Source of the DNA: Candidatus Dojkabacteria bacterium
Lineage (GTDB): Bacteria > Patescibacteriota > Dojkabacteria > J137
Length of the DNA: 64,000 bases
Assembly: GCA_030834985.1 (NCBI GenBank)
Contig: JAUQWV010000003.1
Coordinates: 143,387-207,386 of the forward strand
Direction: 5' to 3'
The notes below the pieces were generated by a model. It had not been told where the DNA came from. It made no database searches and saw only the letters and a list, made by a program, of their open reading frames with translations. Position numbers and translations under genes: made by a program. Of this stretch, positions 47,643 through 58,604 are shown piece by piece. Position 1 is the first letter of the stretch, and each line of letters begins with the position of its first letter.

Positions 47643-48818
47643 ATGAGTAAGATTAAGATTGGATATGTAATTCAAAGGTTCCACCCTTTTAAAGGCGGAG
47701 CAGAGCAGAACATGTATGCGCTGGCCTATCGAATGGGCAAACAAGATCACGATGTTACAGTGATAACAACAAATGTAAAGTTTAGAAACGAAAAGCTTCC
47801 ATATCACGAAACTTATAACGGCATGAAGATAGTAAGGAACTGGTCGCTTAATAAACAGCTCTATGCAGGATTCTACCCGGGACTTTTAACATATCTGCTA
47901 CAAAATCAATTTGATGTAATACACGCTTCTGGTATTGGTTTTGCCTGGAGAGAGTTTTGTCTGATTATCAAAAAGATCTTTTCTCGAGGCAAAACCAAAT
48001 TTATCGTTACCCCGCATGGCCCATTTATGGCTGTTAATTACGATACTGGTCTTAGATCTATTGCTAAAAAATCTTATACTGCGATTCTAAGATTATTCAT
48101 TCCTTGGTTATACGATGTTGTAATTGCTGTAAATCCTAAACAAATAGAATGGATGACTAAAGAGTATGGAATTAATCCAGAGAAGATATTTATTGTTCCA
48201 AATGGTATTGATACTAACTATATAGCAGAGAACATATATGAACATTCCAATGAAGAAAAAACAGTAATTACATATATGAATAGACACGAATGGTACAAAG
48301 GAATTCATAATGTAGTTGAAGCAGTCAAAAATATTCGAGATAACAAACTGACTGAAAAAAGATTTGAATTCTGGATTATGGGACGAGCCGGGAATTACAC
48401 TCCAAAACTGACAGAAATGGTGGAAGAGTATAACTTAAAAGATTATGTTAAATTTGTTTTCTCTCCATCAGATGAAGAACGAGACAGAATATTTTACGAA
48501 GAATCTCAAATAAATATTTTGCCAAGCAATTGGGAAGCTACAGGAATCACTTTAATAGAAGCAATGGCCAAAGGAAATGTAATAATAACAACTTACCAAA
48601 ATGAAGTAGCTGAAATTATCATTAAAGAAGGCGAAAACGGCTACATATACAACTACACAGATATTGATAAGCTTACAGAGATATTGGTAAATTTAATTAA
48701 TGATTATGAACTAAGACAAAAAATTAGAGAAAAAAATCTTGAAGAAGCAAAGAATTTTACTTGGGAAGCAATTTTCCCTGAATACTTAACATTAGTTGAG
48801 AATATCATTAGAAAATAA
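47643..48818 (+). CDS. Glycosyltransferase family 4
   Basis: N-terminal GG..E motif and C-terminal EATGITLIEAMAKGNVIITT. Confidence 0.75.
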   Translation: MSKIKIGYVIQRFHPFKGGAEQNMYALAYRMGKQDHDVTVITTNVKFRNEKLPYHETYNGMKIVRNWSLNKQLYAGFYPGLLTYLLQNQFDVIHASGIGFAWREFCLIIKKIFSRGKTKFIVTPHGPFMAVNYDTGLRSIAKKSYTAILRLFIPWLYDVVIAVNPKQIEWMTKEYGINPEKIFIVPNGIDTNYIAENIYEHSNEEKTVITYMNRHEWYKGIHNVVEAVKNIRDNKLTEKRFEFWIMGRAGNYTPKLTEMVEEYNLKDYVKFVFSPSDEERDRIFYEESQINILPSNWEATGITLIEAMAKGNVIITTYQNEVAEIIIKEGENGYIYNYTDIDKLTEILVNLINDYELRQKIREKNLEEAKNFTWEAIFPEYLTLVENIIRK

Positions 48819-49522
48819 TGGCTAAACTTATACTTGTTGGGCTCCCTTTAGGCAATATTGAAGACATCACTTTAAGAGTTTTTAATTCTTTATTTACTGC
48901 TAGCTGTATTGCCGCAGAAGATACTAGAAACTATTTAAAAATAAAATCTATAGCTAAAGAACGATTTTCAGATAAATTTCCTGATATTAATTTTGAAAAT
49001 AAGCCTGAACTGATTTCTTATCGGGAAGAAAATCATGAAGCAGCAAGTAAAAGGATTATTGAAAAAATATTGCAAGGTAATGATGTTCATTTAATGAGTG
49101 ATGCTGGAATGCCTGCAATTTCTGATCCAGGATTTAGACTTGTAGAAGAATGCTTAAAACATGGAATAGAAATTGATGTGCTGCCTTCTGCAACAGCAGT
49201 AGATACAGCTTTAGTTTTATCTGGACTGCCAACTGATAAATTCTGCTTTATAGGGTTTTTACCAAGACAAGAGTCAAAAATACTCAAAACTATTGATGCT
49301 GCCAGTGAATTTACTATTATTTATTACGAGTCTCCTTACCGAATACAAAAAACTCTACAGATAATTGCCAAAAAATATCCTAATGCGCAAGTTGCTCTAT
49401 GCAACGATCTTACTAAAAAGTTTCAAAAAATTATTAGAGGCAATGTAGTAGAAACGGTAGAACGGTTAAAAGATAACAAAATCCAAGGTGAATGGGTAGG
49501 TGTTCTTAGGGTAAACCGTTAA
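48818..49522 (+). CDS. rsmI: 16S rRNA (cytidine1402-2'-O)-methyltransferase RsmI-like (tetrapyrrole methylase fold)
   Basis: LILVGLPLGNIEDITLRV ... AAEDTR at the N-terminus. Confidence 0.75.
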   Translation: MAKLILVGLPLGNIEDITLRVFNSLFTASCIAAEDTRNYLKIKSIAKERFSDKFPDINFENKPELISYREENHEAASKRIIEKILQGNDVHLMSDAGMPAISDPGFRLVEECLKHGIEIDVLPSATAVDTALVLSGLPTDKFCFIGFLPRQESKILKTIDAASEFTIIYYESPYRIQKTLQIIAKKYPNAQVALCNDLTKKFQKIIRGNVVETVERLKDNKIQGEWVGVLRVNR

Positions 49523-51020
49523 ATCTGTAATTTAAAGCTTCTAAAATATCAGTTTCTTCCACTTTATCTTTTTTGCTTAAATCTGCAATTGTTCTAGCTA
49601 CTTTTAGAATCTTGTAATAACTTCTGGCTGTTAAGTTAAATTTTAGATTTGCTGCTTTTAATAATTTTGTACTTTCATTTGATATCTGCACATATTTATT
49701 TATATCTTTTGGTTGCATTTGAGTGTTTGTATGGAATTGCATATTCTTAAATCTTTCTTTTTGTATCTCACGTGCATAAGTTACCCGTTCAAGTATTAAG
49801 TTTGAACTTTCTGACCGTTTGTAATTAGTTAGATTTTCAATAGGAACTTTATTGACCCATACCTGCAAATCAAATCTATCTAATATTGGACCAGAAATCC
49901 TTTTTTTGTATTGCAACTGCTGCAAAGGTGAACAGATGCATTCTTTATCTGGATCTCCTTTATATCCGCATTTACACGGATTCATAGAAGCTAAAAGAAT
50001 AAAGTTTGCAGGATACTTTGTAGTACCGCTTGCTCTAGAAATAGTAATAACTTTATCCTCTAATGGCTGCCGTAAAACTTCTATTGATCTTGAATTAAAT
50101 TCCGGTAGTTCGTCTAAAAATAAGACGCCATTATGTGCAAGAGTGACTTCACCTGGTTTTAAATTAGAACCACCACCCACTAATCCTATATAAGAAATTG
50201 TATGGTGTGGCTGCCTGAATGGGCTTTGATTTATATATGGATTTTCTTTGTTTAGCAGGCCAGCCACACTATAAATCCTTGTAACTTCTAAAGAGTGCTG
50301 CTCCGAAAGCTCCGGCAAAATAGTTTTAAATGTTTTAGCTAGTAACGTCTTGCCGGAGCCTGGTGGGCCATTCAATAAACAGTTATGTGCGCCAGCTGCT
50401 GCAATTTCTAAAGCTCTTTTGGCAACCAGTTGTCCTTGAATATTACAAAAGTCTAATGCATCATCTAGTAATTTTTTCTTTGGTGCGGAATCTCGATTAT
50501 AAGTCTTTATTAATTTACCGTTAAAATGTTTATGAATATCTTTTAATTTATTAACTGGGAATATATTTATATCTTTAATTAAGGAGGCTTCTTTTGCATT
50601 ATCAGTAGGTAAGAATACTTCGGTAAAACCTTTCTGCTTGGCCTCAGCAACGATCGGAAGCACTGCATTCACCGGCTTTAAATCTCCATTCAAAGATAAT
50701 TCACCTATAAATAATTTCTTATTCGGATTAATTTGTAATTGCTCAGATGCTAATAGATATCCAACTGCTAGTGGTAAGTCAAAGCTGGAGCCTGATTTAT
50801 AAACTTCCGCTGGCGCAAGATTAATAATAATTTGCATTGGTACAAAAGAAAAACCGGAGTTTTTAATTGCAGATGGTAATCTTTCTTTTGCCTCTTGAAT
50901 TGATTTATCAGCTAGACCAACAATAGCAAAAAAGTTTGTTCCTCGACGATAATCAACTTCTACATCTACAATCTGTACATCAAGTCCTTTAATAGAAGCT
51001 GTAAAAAGCTTTGAGAGCAT
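49506..51020 (-). CDS. YifB/ComM Mg-chelatase-like AAA+ ATPase
   Basis: N-terminal Lon-like domain, Walker A GPPGSGKT, C-terminal ChlI-type domain. Confidence 0.85.
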   Translation of the reverse strand: MLSKLFTASIKGLDVQIVDVEVDYRRGTNFFAIVGLADKSIQEAKERLPSAIKNSGFSFVPMQIIINLAPAEVYKSGSSFDLPLAVGYLLASEQLQINPNKKLFIGELSLNGDLKPVNAVLPIVAEAKQKGFTEVFLPTDNAKEASLIKDINIFPVNKLKDIHKHFNGKLIKTYNRDSAPKKKLLDDALDFCNIQGQLVAKRALEIAAAGAHNCLLNGPPGSGKTLLAKTFKTILPELSEQHSLEVTRIYSVAGLLNKENPYINQSPFRQPHHTISYIGLVGGGSNLKPGEVTLAHNGVLFLDELPEFNSRSIEVLRQPLEDKVITISRASGTTKYPANFILLASMNPCKCGYKGDPDKECICSPLQQLQYKKRISGPILDRFDLQVWVNKVPIENLTNYKRSESSNLILERVTYAREIQKERFKNMQFHTNTQMQPKDINKYVQISNESTKLLKAANLKFNLTARSYYKILKVARTIADLSKKDKVEETDILEALNYRFNGLP

Positions 51021-51086
51021 AGTTAATATATTAATATGCTCAGATTTTAGAATAAGAGTTTTACAAAAGTATTACAAATGAAGCTG

Positions 51087-52283
51087 TTAAAAAGTCAATG
51101 AAGGATCTCTGTCTAGTTTCTCAAAATCTTTAAGCCAGATTCCACTTACGGGATCGTGAGCTAAATTAGTTAATCCTATTTTTGCAATTTTATAATTTGC
51201 AGCTAACGCTATCATTGCGGCGTTATCGCCTGTTAGTTTTTTTGTATAAGGGTAGAGCAAGTCTGCGCCAAAAGCTTTGGCTACTTTTCTTAATTCACTT
51301 CGCAGCCTTGCGGATGCGATAACGCCGCCACCAAGCCATACTTGTTCAATTTGATTTTCTTTTAACGCTTTAGCAAGTTTTATTTTTAGCTGTTCAATTG
51401 CAGCTGCTTCAAATAAAACACAAAATGCAACTATCTGTTCTTTAGATAAGCTACTTTCACCCTGAACCTCTTTTTGATGTGTAAGCTTATTTCCTGATAA
51501 TCCTTCTACTAATTGCTTAAATGCAGTTTTTAAACCTGAGTAGCTGAAATTTAAATCTCCTGAACGAGCCATTGCTACTGGTAATTCAAAAACCTCACCT
51601 GTACTTTTATTTGTACAAATAGCTTTAGTTGATAAATTATCTTTTACTGTTTTTAATTCAAAGTTTTTTCTATTTTCTTTTGCAATTTTAGAAATTACTG
51701 GTCCTGCAGGATAACCAAAACCTAAAATTCTTCCGCACTTATCGTAAGCTTCGCCACAAGAATCATCTAAAGTTTCTCCTAACTTTAAGTAGCTACCAAA
51801 ATCTCTAACTAAGATTAACTCTGTATGTCCACCAGAGATTAAAAAACCGAGTGCTGGGAATTTAGGTATATATGATTTACTACTTTTTTTAGAATTAGGA
51901 ACTGCTAAAGATGAAAGTAGGTGCCCTTCCATATGATTAATAGCTATTAAAGGTTTTTTATACCTTACAGCAAGTTCTTTAGCTTTCTTTAAACCAATCT
52001 CTAAAGCAATTGCTAATCCTGGACCATATGTTACTGCTATTAAGTCTATTTGATCCATAGACACACCTGATCTTTTTAACGCTTGATCAACTACATTATT
52101 AATACGCTCTGAATGTGCTAGCTTAGCTAAGGAAGGAACCACGCCGCCAAATTTAGAATGATATTCCATTTGTGAAGGCAGTTCGTTTGCTAAAATTTGG
52201 CGGCCAGAAACCACCGAAACAGAAGTCTCGTCGCATGAGGTATCAATCGCTAATGTTGTTATATCTTCAAGATTTTGCATCAA
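51087..52283 (-). CDS. tsaD: tRNA N6-adenosine threonylcarbamoyltransferase TsaD/Kae1
   Basis: LAIDTSCDETSV and AINHMEGH metal-binding motifs. Has an internal insertion relative to a typical TsaD. Confidence 0.85.
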   Translation of the reverse strand: MMQNLEDITTLAIDTSCDETSVSVVSGRQILANELPSQMEYHSKFGGVVPSLAKLAHSERINNVVDQALKRSGVSMDQIDLIAVTYGPGLAIALEIGLKKAKELAVRYKKPLIAINHMEGHLLSSLAVPNSKKSSKSYIPKFPALGFLISGGHTELILVRDFGSYLKLGETLDDSCGEAYDKCGRILGFGYPAGPVISKIAKENRKNFELKTVKDNLSTKAICTNKSTGEVFELPVAMARSGDLNFSYSGLKTAFKQLVEGLSGNKLTHQKEVQGESSLSKEQIVAFCVLFEAAAIEQLKIKLAKALKENQIEQVWLGGGVIASARLRSELRKVAKAFGADLLYPYTKKLTGDNAAMIALAANYKIAKIGLTNLAHDPVSGIWLKDFEKLDRDPSLTF

Positions 52284-52302
52284 TGGATTATACCCTATAA
52301 CA

Positions 52303-52800
52303 TCAACTTAGGCCTAGTGCCTCGATGATATCTTCTACGTAGTTGTAGCTGTGATGGCCTGCCTCTTTTAATATCAGTTCATACTCAAGTCCAGAAAGTA
52401 AATCTTCTACTGCTTGAATATCGCCATGAGGGTCTTTATCGTTATGGATAACGACAAAATGCTCTAAATTACTCAAATTTGTGTAAGCAGCTAGTTCTTC
52501 AGGATTCAAGTCTTTTGCAGGAATTCCTAGTAGAACTAGCCTATTAACAGTTGTATCTTTTAACATTAAAGAAGCAATATATGTACCAATTGATTTACCA
52601 ACAATGTTTAATTCACTAGGATTTCGTATATGTTGCTTTATCAAATCAATTTCTACCTCTGGATCAAATTTAGTATCAGGACTATCCCAATGACGCCACA
52701 TATGAAGATGCACCTGTTCACCTTTTTCTCTTAAAGCTGATGCTATGCTTTCAGCTTCTTCTTTATTTTTTATTGAAAAGCCCGGTAGAATTAAAATCAT
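52303..52800 (-). CDS. Small alpha/beta-hydrolase-fold protein
   Basis: GKSIGT nucleophile elbow. 165 aa. Confidence 0.4.
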   Translation of the reverse strand: MILILPGFSIKNKEEAESIASALREKGEQVHLHMWRHWDSPDTKFDPEVEIDLIKQHIRNPSELNIVGKSIGTYIASLMLKDTTVNRLVLLGIPAKDLNPEELAAYTNLSNLEHFVVIHNDKDPHGDIQAVEDLLSGLEYELILKEAGHHSYNYVEDIIEALGLS

Positions 52801-52801
52801 A

Positions 52802-53407
52802 TTATGTCGTTATAAAATGACCATTTACTTTATCCCAGTTTATAGCATTCCAAAATGCTTCAATATATTCCGGTCTTCTATTTTGATAATTCAGATAATA
52901 AGCATGCTCCCACACATCCAAACCAAGAACTGGTCTTTTACCTTCCATAATAGGGGAGTCTTGATTTGCAGTACTCCAAACTTCTAGTTTGCCGCTATCA
53001 TCGATTGTAAGCCAAGCCCAACCACTCCCAAATCTTTTTGTTGCTGCTTCTGTAAATAGCTTTTTGAATTCTTCAAAGCTGCCAAAAACACCATTTATAC
53101 CATCCTGTAATTCACCTGATGGTGTTTTAGCTCCATCAGTTCCTAAAATATTCCAAAAGAATGAGTGGTTATAGTGACCGCCACCATTATTAATGACTGC
53201 TTGACGAATATCTTCCGGTAAAGAGTTTGCACCTTTTAAAAGTTCTTCTACAGATTTAGACTGCAGATCCGGATGCTTTTCTAATGCGGCATTAAGATTA
53301 TTAACATAAGCTTGATGATGCTTAGTATAATGAATTTCCATTGTTTTAGCATCTATGTAAGGTTCTAGTGCGTTATATTCGAATGGGAGTTGAGGGAGTT
53401 CGTGCAT
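52802..53407 (-). CDS. sodA: Fe/Mn superoxide dismutase
   Basis: [22 protein letters not shown] ... DVWEHAYY. Confidence 0.93.
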   Translation of the reverse strand: MHELPQLPFEYNALEPYIDAKTMEIHYTKHHQAYVNNLNAALEKHPDLQSKSVEELLKGANSLPEDIRQAVINNGGGHYNHSFFWNILGTDGAKTPSGELQDGINGVFGSFEEFKKLFTEAATKRFGSGWAWLTIDDSGKLEVWSTANQDSPIMEGKRPVLGLDVWEHAYYLNYQNRRPEYIEAFWNAINWDKVNGHFITT

Positions 53408-53484
53408 AGTAGTTTACTAAAATGTAGTATCCTAAAAAGTATATCATAGTAAAAGTTCAAAATCGAACAAGTTAATTACTCGAA

Positions 53485-54357
53485 ATGAATACAATTATTA
53501 GACAGCAAAAGTTCATGAATACAACTATTACTTTTAAAGTTGTACAAGATGATGAACCCACAATTGAAATATTAGATGCAATAGAGGCTGGTTTTGGCGA
53601 GTTTGATCGTATTGTTAAAACCTATACACGATTTGCCGAAACCAGCGAATTATCTAATTTAAATAGGCAGTCTGAACGGTGGATAAATATCTCAGAAGAA
53701 TTTTGCTACTTAATAAAATATATGCTTTCTATGGCAGAAGCTACTGATGGTGCATTTGACCCTACTGTTATAGATTTTTTAGAGGTGTACGGTTATGATA
53801 AAAATTACGAATTTTCAAAGCTTGATAAACCAGAGCTCGATAGTTTAGTAAAAAAGTTAGTTGCTGAGCGGCCATCCTGGGAAGAGATTGAGCTTGATGA
53901 AAAAAACTTAAAAGTAAAGCTTGCTAAACATCAGCGGCTTGATCTAGGAGGTATTGGAAAAGGATACGCAATAGATTGTGCTTACAATAAATTAAATGTT
54001 TTCAATAATTTTTTAATTGATGCAGGAGGTGATATTAGAGCTAAAGGGAAGAATGATATTGATGAATTATGGACAATAGATTTATTAAATGAAAATACAA
54101 AAGGTGAAAAAGAGGTTGTAGGGCAGGTTCAATTAGATAATGAGTCGGTTGCTAGCTCCGGTTCGTGGGCAAGAAAGTTTAAGCAATTCCACCATCTAAT
54201 TAACCCACGAACCGGAGCTCCTATGAACAAATATAAAACTGTATTTGTTCAAGCACCAACAGGATTAGAATCCGATTCCTGGGCAACAGCTCTTTTTATA
54301 GGAGGGAAAGACGTAATAAGTAAAATGCCACAAGATTTTAAATATTTTTTAATCTAA
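53485..54357 (+). CDS. apbE: ApbE-family FAD:protein FMN transferase
   Basis: DLGGIGKGYAIDCAY motif. Confidence 0.7.
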   Translation: MNTIIRQQKFMNTTITFKVVQDDEPTIEILDAIEAGFGEFDRIVKTYTRFAETSELSNLNRQSERWINISEEFCYLIKYMLSMAEATDGAFDPTVIDFLEVYGYDKNYEFSKLDKPELDSLVKKLVAERPSWEEIELDEKNLKVKLAKHQRLDLGGIGKGYAIDCAYNKLNVFNNFLIDAGGDIRAKGKNDIDELWTIDLLNENTKGEKEVVGQVQLDNESVASSGSWARKFKQFHHLINPRTGAPMNKYKTVFVQAPTGLESDSWATALFIGGKDVISKMPQDFKYFLI

Positions 54358-55003
54358 AGCCAGATTTAAAAACAGTTTCTATTATATTTTCATCACCGTA
54401 CGTCTTAAGTTTGTTCCTAACTCTGCTTATCAATGTATCTACTGCACCAGGAGTGTCATCATCATCAAGCACTTTGTGTAATATTTCTTCACGGCTAAAA
54501 ATTCTGCCAGGATGTTTGCAAAACAAATAGAGTAGATTGAATTCACTAAATGTTAAGATTATCTCTTTTTTCCCTTTTAAAAAAAGTCTACAAGAAGGGT
54601 CTAAATATAAATCACCAATCTTCAGTACAGAACTATTCTCCTTTTGCCTTATCAGTGAGGTTATTTGGGCTTCTAGAATTTGATAGTTAATAGGTTTTTT
54701 ATGCAAAATACTAACTCCTGATTTGTAACTTTCGATCTCATCGTATTCTGTGCAAGCATCAGCCAGTAAAATAACAGGAGAATCATATTTATCTTTAAAT
54801 CTTCTTAATACAGTAATTCCATTAAATTTAGGGAGTGTTAAATCAACTAGTACCAAATCAAATAGTTCCTGCTTAAGAGTTTTAATAGCAGATTCGCCAT
54901 CAAAACAGCTCTTTATTGAGTAATTCTTGTTTTCTAAAAATCTTTGAATAAAAAAGTGGGTGCTGCGATCATCTTCTGCCAGCAAGATTTTAGCTTTCTC
55001 CAT
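54338..55003 (-). CDS. OmpR-family two-component response regulator (orphan: no kinase in window)
   Basis: Receiver domain (ILLAEDD ... LVLVDLTLP) and winged-helix effector (GAVDTLISRVRNKL). Confidence 0.85.
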   Translation of the reverse strand: MEKAKILLAEDDRSTHFFIQRFLENKNYSIKSCFDGESAIKTLKQELFDLVLVDLTLPKFNGITVLRRFKDKYDSPVILLADACTEYDEIESYKSGVSILHKKPINYQILEAQITSLIRQKENSSVLKIGDLYLDPSCRLFLKGKKEIILTFSEFNLLYLFCKHPGRIFSREEILHKVLDDDDTPGAVDTLISRVRNKLKTYGDENIIETVFKSGFRLKNI

Positions 55004-55077
55004 AAAAAGAATTTAAAAAGTTTGCTGGAGTTTATTAGTTGGAGAAAGCTATTGAAAATGCATTTCAATACAAATTA

Positions 55078-55629
55078 TTACTTTGCGTTATCCTTTTTTA
55101 CTTCGTCTACAACTTTTCTGTTGAACTCAATCACTTTACCTACACCAAGTTTAAGATGCTGCTTAACGTATACAAAGAAGAGGATTTCTATTGCAAGAAT
55201 AAAAATATCTACGAAGATAATTGTCTGAATCTCAATGCCATAGAGTTTTAAATATATAGTTAAGCCAAGTGCTACACAAACTAAGAAACCTCTTCGCACA
55301 GCATCAAATAAAGAAGCTTTTTCGTAAAAGTTTTTAAAGAAGAATTTATCTATAACTAAATGAACGGCAACAAAAAGAGAAAATATTGCTGCTAATAATA
55401 TTCCTGCTGCAATATAAGCATTATTAGATAAATAATTTAATATTTGATTCTTTTCAATTAAAACATCTATTGCATCGTTTAAACTTTCCCAATCACCTGG
55501 CTGAATATTATTTGCTTCAACTAAATGCTGAAGCTGAACAATATTGTACGGTGGAAAATTCTCAAAAAAATATCTTGCAATTAACAGCAAAAATATTCCT
55601 AAAGATAAGAAAATACCTACACGCTTCAT
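55078..55629 (-). CDS. Hypothetical membrane protein
   Basis: Four TM helices. Confidence 0.4.
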   Translation of the reverse strand: MKRVGIFLSLGIFLLLIARYFFENFPPYNIVQLQHLVEANNIQPGDWESLNDAIDVLIEKNQILNYLSNNAYIAAGILLAAIFSLFVAVHLVIDKFFFKNFYEKASLFDAVRRGFLVCVALGLTIYLKLYGIEIQTIIFVDIFILAIEILFFVYVKQHLKLGVGKVIEFNRKVVDEVKKDNAK

Positions 55630-55677
55630 ATTTTTAAATTTTGTTATACTTGAAGTATGTAATATTAAACAAGCCTC

Positions 55678-56466
55678 ATGGATAATGATACACCAAAAAA
55701 GAGAGCTTCAATTAAGGATGTACTTAGTTCTCCTTCTCAAGTAAATGAGATAAAAGAAGAAGGGCCTAAAGAAGTCGTTAAAGAAAGAGTTATAGTCCAA
55801 TATCGCGATAAACCACGAGGATATCTTAATGGATGTGGGTGTGGATGCAGATCTTTGGGTTGTGGTCTATTTTTAATTATTCTATTAATTGTTGCAGGTT
55901 TTGTTTATATCTTTGCAGAAAAACCAGCCTTTATTTGGAGTACCGTTGTGAGTTATTTAAACGCAGAAGAAAGGGCTCCTGAGTATGAAGAAGAGAACCT
56001 TGAATCATTACAGCAAAATATAAATTCCCAAGTTAATACTATTGGCAATGTTCAAATTGTTTTAACAGAAAATCAAGTTACAACACTTGTTAGAAATAAA
56101 GTAACTCAACTCAAGGATGTTACAGTAAAGCTTGAAGATGAGACTGTAAAGTTTTATTGGCATTTAGACGATTCGCTGCCAAGTAAACCACTCTTAGGCA
56201 TTATAAAGCTAAGCTACAATCAAGAAGGTAAGCTTATTCTATCTGAAGTTGGAACAGGCAAAGTAAAATTGCCTAATGCATTAAATGGGCTAGTTACTCA
56301 CACCGTTTATTCTGCACTTAATTTAACAGGTGATGCAAATAATCTATCTGAAACGTTTATAAAAGGAATTTTTCAGTCTGAAAACCTAAGTATTAAATCT
56401 ATTAATTTTGAAGAAGGTACTGTTAAAATCGAAGCAAATATTACAGTGAACTTGTTTGAACAATGA
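55678..56466 (+). CDS. Hypothetical membrane-anchored protein with a Cys/Gly-rich juxtamembrane motif
   Basis: NGCGCGCRSLGCG immediately before the TM. Extracytoplasmic domain unknown. Confidence 0.4.
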   Translation: MDNDTPKKRASIKDVLSSPSQVNEIKEEGPKEVVKERVIVQYRDKPRGYLNGCGCGCRSLGCGLFLIILLIVAGFVYIFAEKPAFIWSTVVSYLNAEERAPEYEEENLESLQQNINSQVNTIGNVQIVLTENQVTTLVRNKVTQLKDVTVKLEDETVKFYWHLDDSLPSKPLLGIIKLSYNQEGKLILSEVGTGKVKLPNALNGLVTHTVYSALNLTGDANNLSETFIKGIFQSENLSIKSINFEEGTVKIEANITVNLFEQ

Positions 56467-57386
56467 TCTATCTCTTTGCTGGTGAGGACCAATACGAAAG
56501 CTATGGCCGAGCTTTACTAACTGCCCAAAATCTAGCTTCAAAGTCGGACTCATCTATAAATGTTGTTAATGCAGATGAAATTTCTGACATAAACTATATT
56601 CTTCAGCTGTTGGAAGGTGTTGATATGTTCAGTTCAACAGGTGTTCTGGTTCTAAAAAGGTTTTTAAATAACAAGAAGTTTGTTGAATATTTTTTTGAGA
56701 ACTTTAACAAATTAAACGAATTTGAGATTGTTATATGGCAAGACTCAAAAGCAGATACACGCTTAAAGTTTGTTAAAGCAGTTCAGACAAAAAAGTTACT
56801 GTTTAACTATGATCTGCCAAAAGATGGTGAAATGAAAAATTGGATAAGCCTAAAAACTAAAGAACTATCGATTCCACTGACACCTGCCCAAATAACATTT
56901 CTTTTTGAAAGAATTCAATTTAATAAATTTGCCGTTATTAACGAGCTTCAAAAGTTATCAACTTATATAAAGGCTAAAAGCTTGAAGAGAATAGAGGATA
57001 GTGTACTAGAAGATATTTTAGGTTTAAGTATTAAAGGCGATATGTGGCGATTCTTAGACTATATTGGAGCAAAGAATAAGAATAAAGCCATTATAGAATT
57101 CAGTAAATTAACAAAGTACGAAGAAAATACACAGCTTCTAATAAGTATGATAGATCGCGAAATCAGATTGATGCTTCAGTATAAATATGCAAAAGCAAAT
57201 GGGCACGATACTTCAGAACTTAAGCTTACACCTTTTATACTAAAAAAAGTAGCAGATAAAGCAAGAAACTTTTCGGAGAATGAACTAAAAGAGCTTCTAA
57301 AAAAACTGTTTATTACAGATCTCAAAATTAAGTCTGGTTTAGTAGATGAAAAAACCGCAATGCTGGTTTATTTAGCAGAATTGTAA
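56463..57386 (+). CDS. holA: DNA polymerase III delta subunit
   Basis: MIYLFAGEDQY start and overall helical delta-subunit layout. 4-nt overlap with the upstream gene. Confidence 0.6.
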   Translation: MIYLFAGEDQYESYGRALLTAQNLASKSDSSINVVNADEISDINYILQLLEGVDMFSSTGVLVLKRFLNNKKFVEYFFENFNKLNEFEIVIWQDSKADTRLKFVKAVQTKKLLFNYDLPKDGEMKNWISLKTKELSIPLTPAQITFLFERIQFNKFAVINELQKLSTYIKAKSLKRIEDSVLEDILGLSIKGDMWRFLDYIGAKNKNKAIIEFSKLTKYEENTQLLISMIDREIRLMLQYKYAKANGHDTSELKLTPFILKKVADKARNFSENELKELLKKLFITDLKIKSGLVDEKTAMLVYLAEL

Positions 57387-57410
57387 GCACAAATAATGTA
57401 AAATATTATT

Positions 57411-58604
57411 ATGCGTAAATTTTGTATAGCTATATTACTTACTGTTTTAATCTTACCTATAAATATCTCTGCATTGGAGATTAAAACTGCAGACACATTA
57501 GGTTTAGATAAAACAATCTTTAAAGATGCTTATTCAACCGGATTACCAGAAAAAATCCTTGTTGTACCAATCTTTATGCCAAGTAATGCAAGATTAACAG
57601 AAGAAACATGGCTAAAAGGAATTTACTACTATACAGTTCAAAGGCTAGGATACCCGACTTTACCTTATCATTACATAATCAATAACAAAGGAGTTGTTTA
57701 CAGCAGTGAAAGTAGCGATGAAAGAATTCTTAACATTAAAGATTTAGGCGATCACAATATTGTTATTGGATACCTTGCACCAAGCAATGCAACAAACTTT
57801 TCTGCAGAAGCTGGAACTCCTTTAGGTGATCTTATCTTAGATATTGCCAATAGAAACTCTATAAATATTGATAACGTAAAAGTTGCGGGTCTTAAATTTA
57901 CAAGAGAATCTGAAACTAATCTTGTTTATTTAGAGCAGTCTCCAATTTTTGGATTATGGGAAACAGGATTAAATCAAATTATAGAATCAATTAGACCAAG
58001 ATACTCTCCAAAAGTAAGAGAATATGGCATTGAAATAGAAAATGTTACACTTGCGTCAACTGAATTGGTAGTAGGTAACGAAGTTGAAGGAACAGCAAGA
58101 ATTAAAAATATTGGACCTAATAATATTTATATTACAGATTCAACATACTTGCTTGCAGAAAAATCTGATGGTTCTAATAGCTTATTTTATTTAAATAATG
58201 TATGGGTTTCTCAATCTCAGTTTCCGGCTGTTATAGATGAACAAACTTTCAGAATTGATCAATCGGTTGAATTTAACTTTAAGGTGAAAGCCCCGCTGGC
58301 AGTAGGCGAGGTTTCTGAAAAATTCAAAATTAAGCTAGTTGGCGACGGCCAAATGAATACAAGTGAATTTGAAATTAAAGTTAATGTCCAGCGGGGCGAT
58401 AAAAGAATAGTTCAAATCAATGAAACTGAAACTAACTTCTTAAGAGTAAGAGCAGAGCCATCAACAGTATCAGAAGAGATAAGCAGAGTAGACTCAGGAG
58501 GAAGATACATAGTTCTAGAAGAAGATCCTAATGGCTTTTTAAAGATTGACTTGGGAGATGGTAGATCTGGCTGGGTTGCAGGATGGTTAACAACAACTAT
58601 CTAA
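57411..58604 (+). CDS. Secreted N-acetylmuramoyl-L-alanine amidase-like (Amidase_2/PGRP-like) protein with C-terminal SH3b domain
   Basis: Signal peptide. The YHYIINNKGVVYSS ... NIVIGYL pattern resembles Amidase_2. The C-terminus (NFLRVRAEPSTVSEEISRVDSGGRYIVLEE ... GWVAGWL) resembles an SH3b-like domain. Confidence 0.45.
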   Translation: MRKFCIAILLTVLILPINISALEIKTADTLGLDKTIFKDAYSTGLPEKILVVPIFMPSNARLTEETWLKGIYYYTVQRLGYPTLPYHYIINNKGVVYSSESSDERILNIKDLGDHNIVIGYLAPSNATNFSAEAGTPLGDLILDIANRNSINIDNVKVAGLKFTRESETNLVYLEQSPIFGLWETGLNQIIESIRPRYSPKVREYGIEIENVTLASTELVVGNEVEGTARIKNIGPNNIYITDSTYLLAEKSDGSNSLFYLNNVWVSQSQFPAVIDEQTFRIDQSVEFNFKVKAPLAVGEVSEKFKIKLVGDGQMNTSEFEIKVNVQRGDKRIVQINETETNFLRVRAEPSTVSEEISRVDSGGRYIVLEEDPNGFLKIDLGDGRSGWVAGWLTTTI

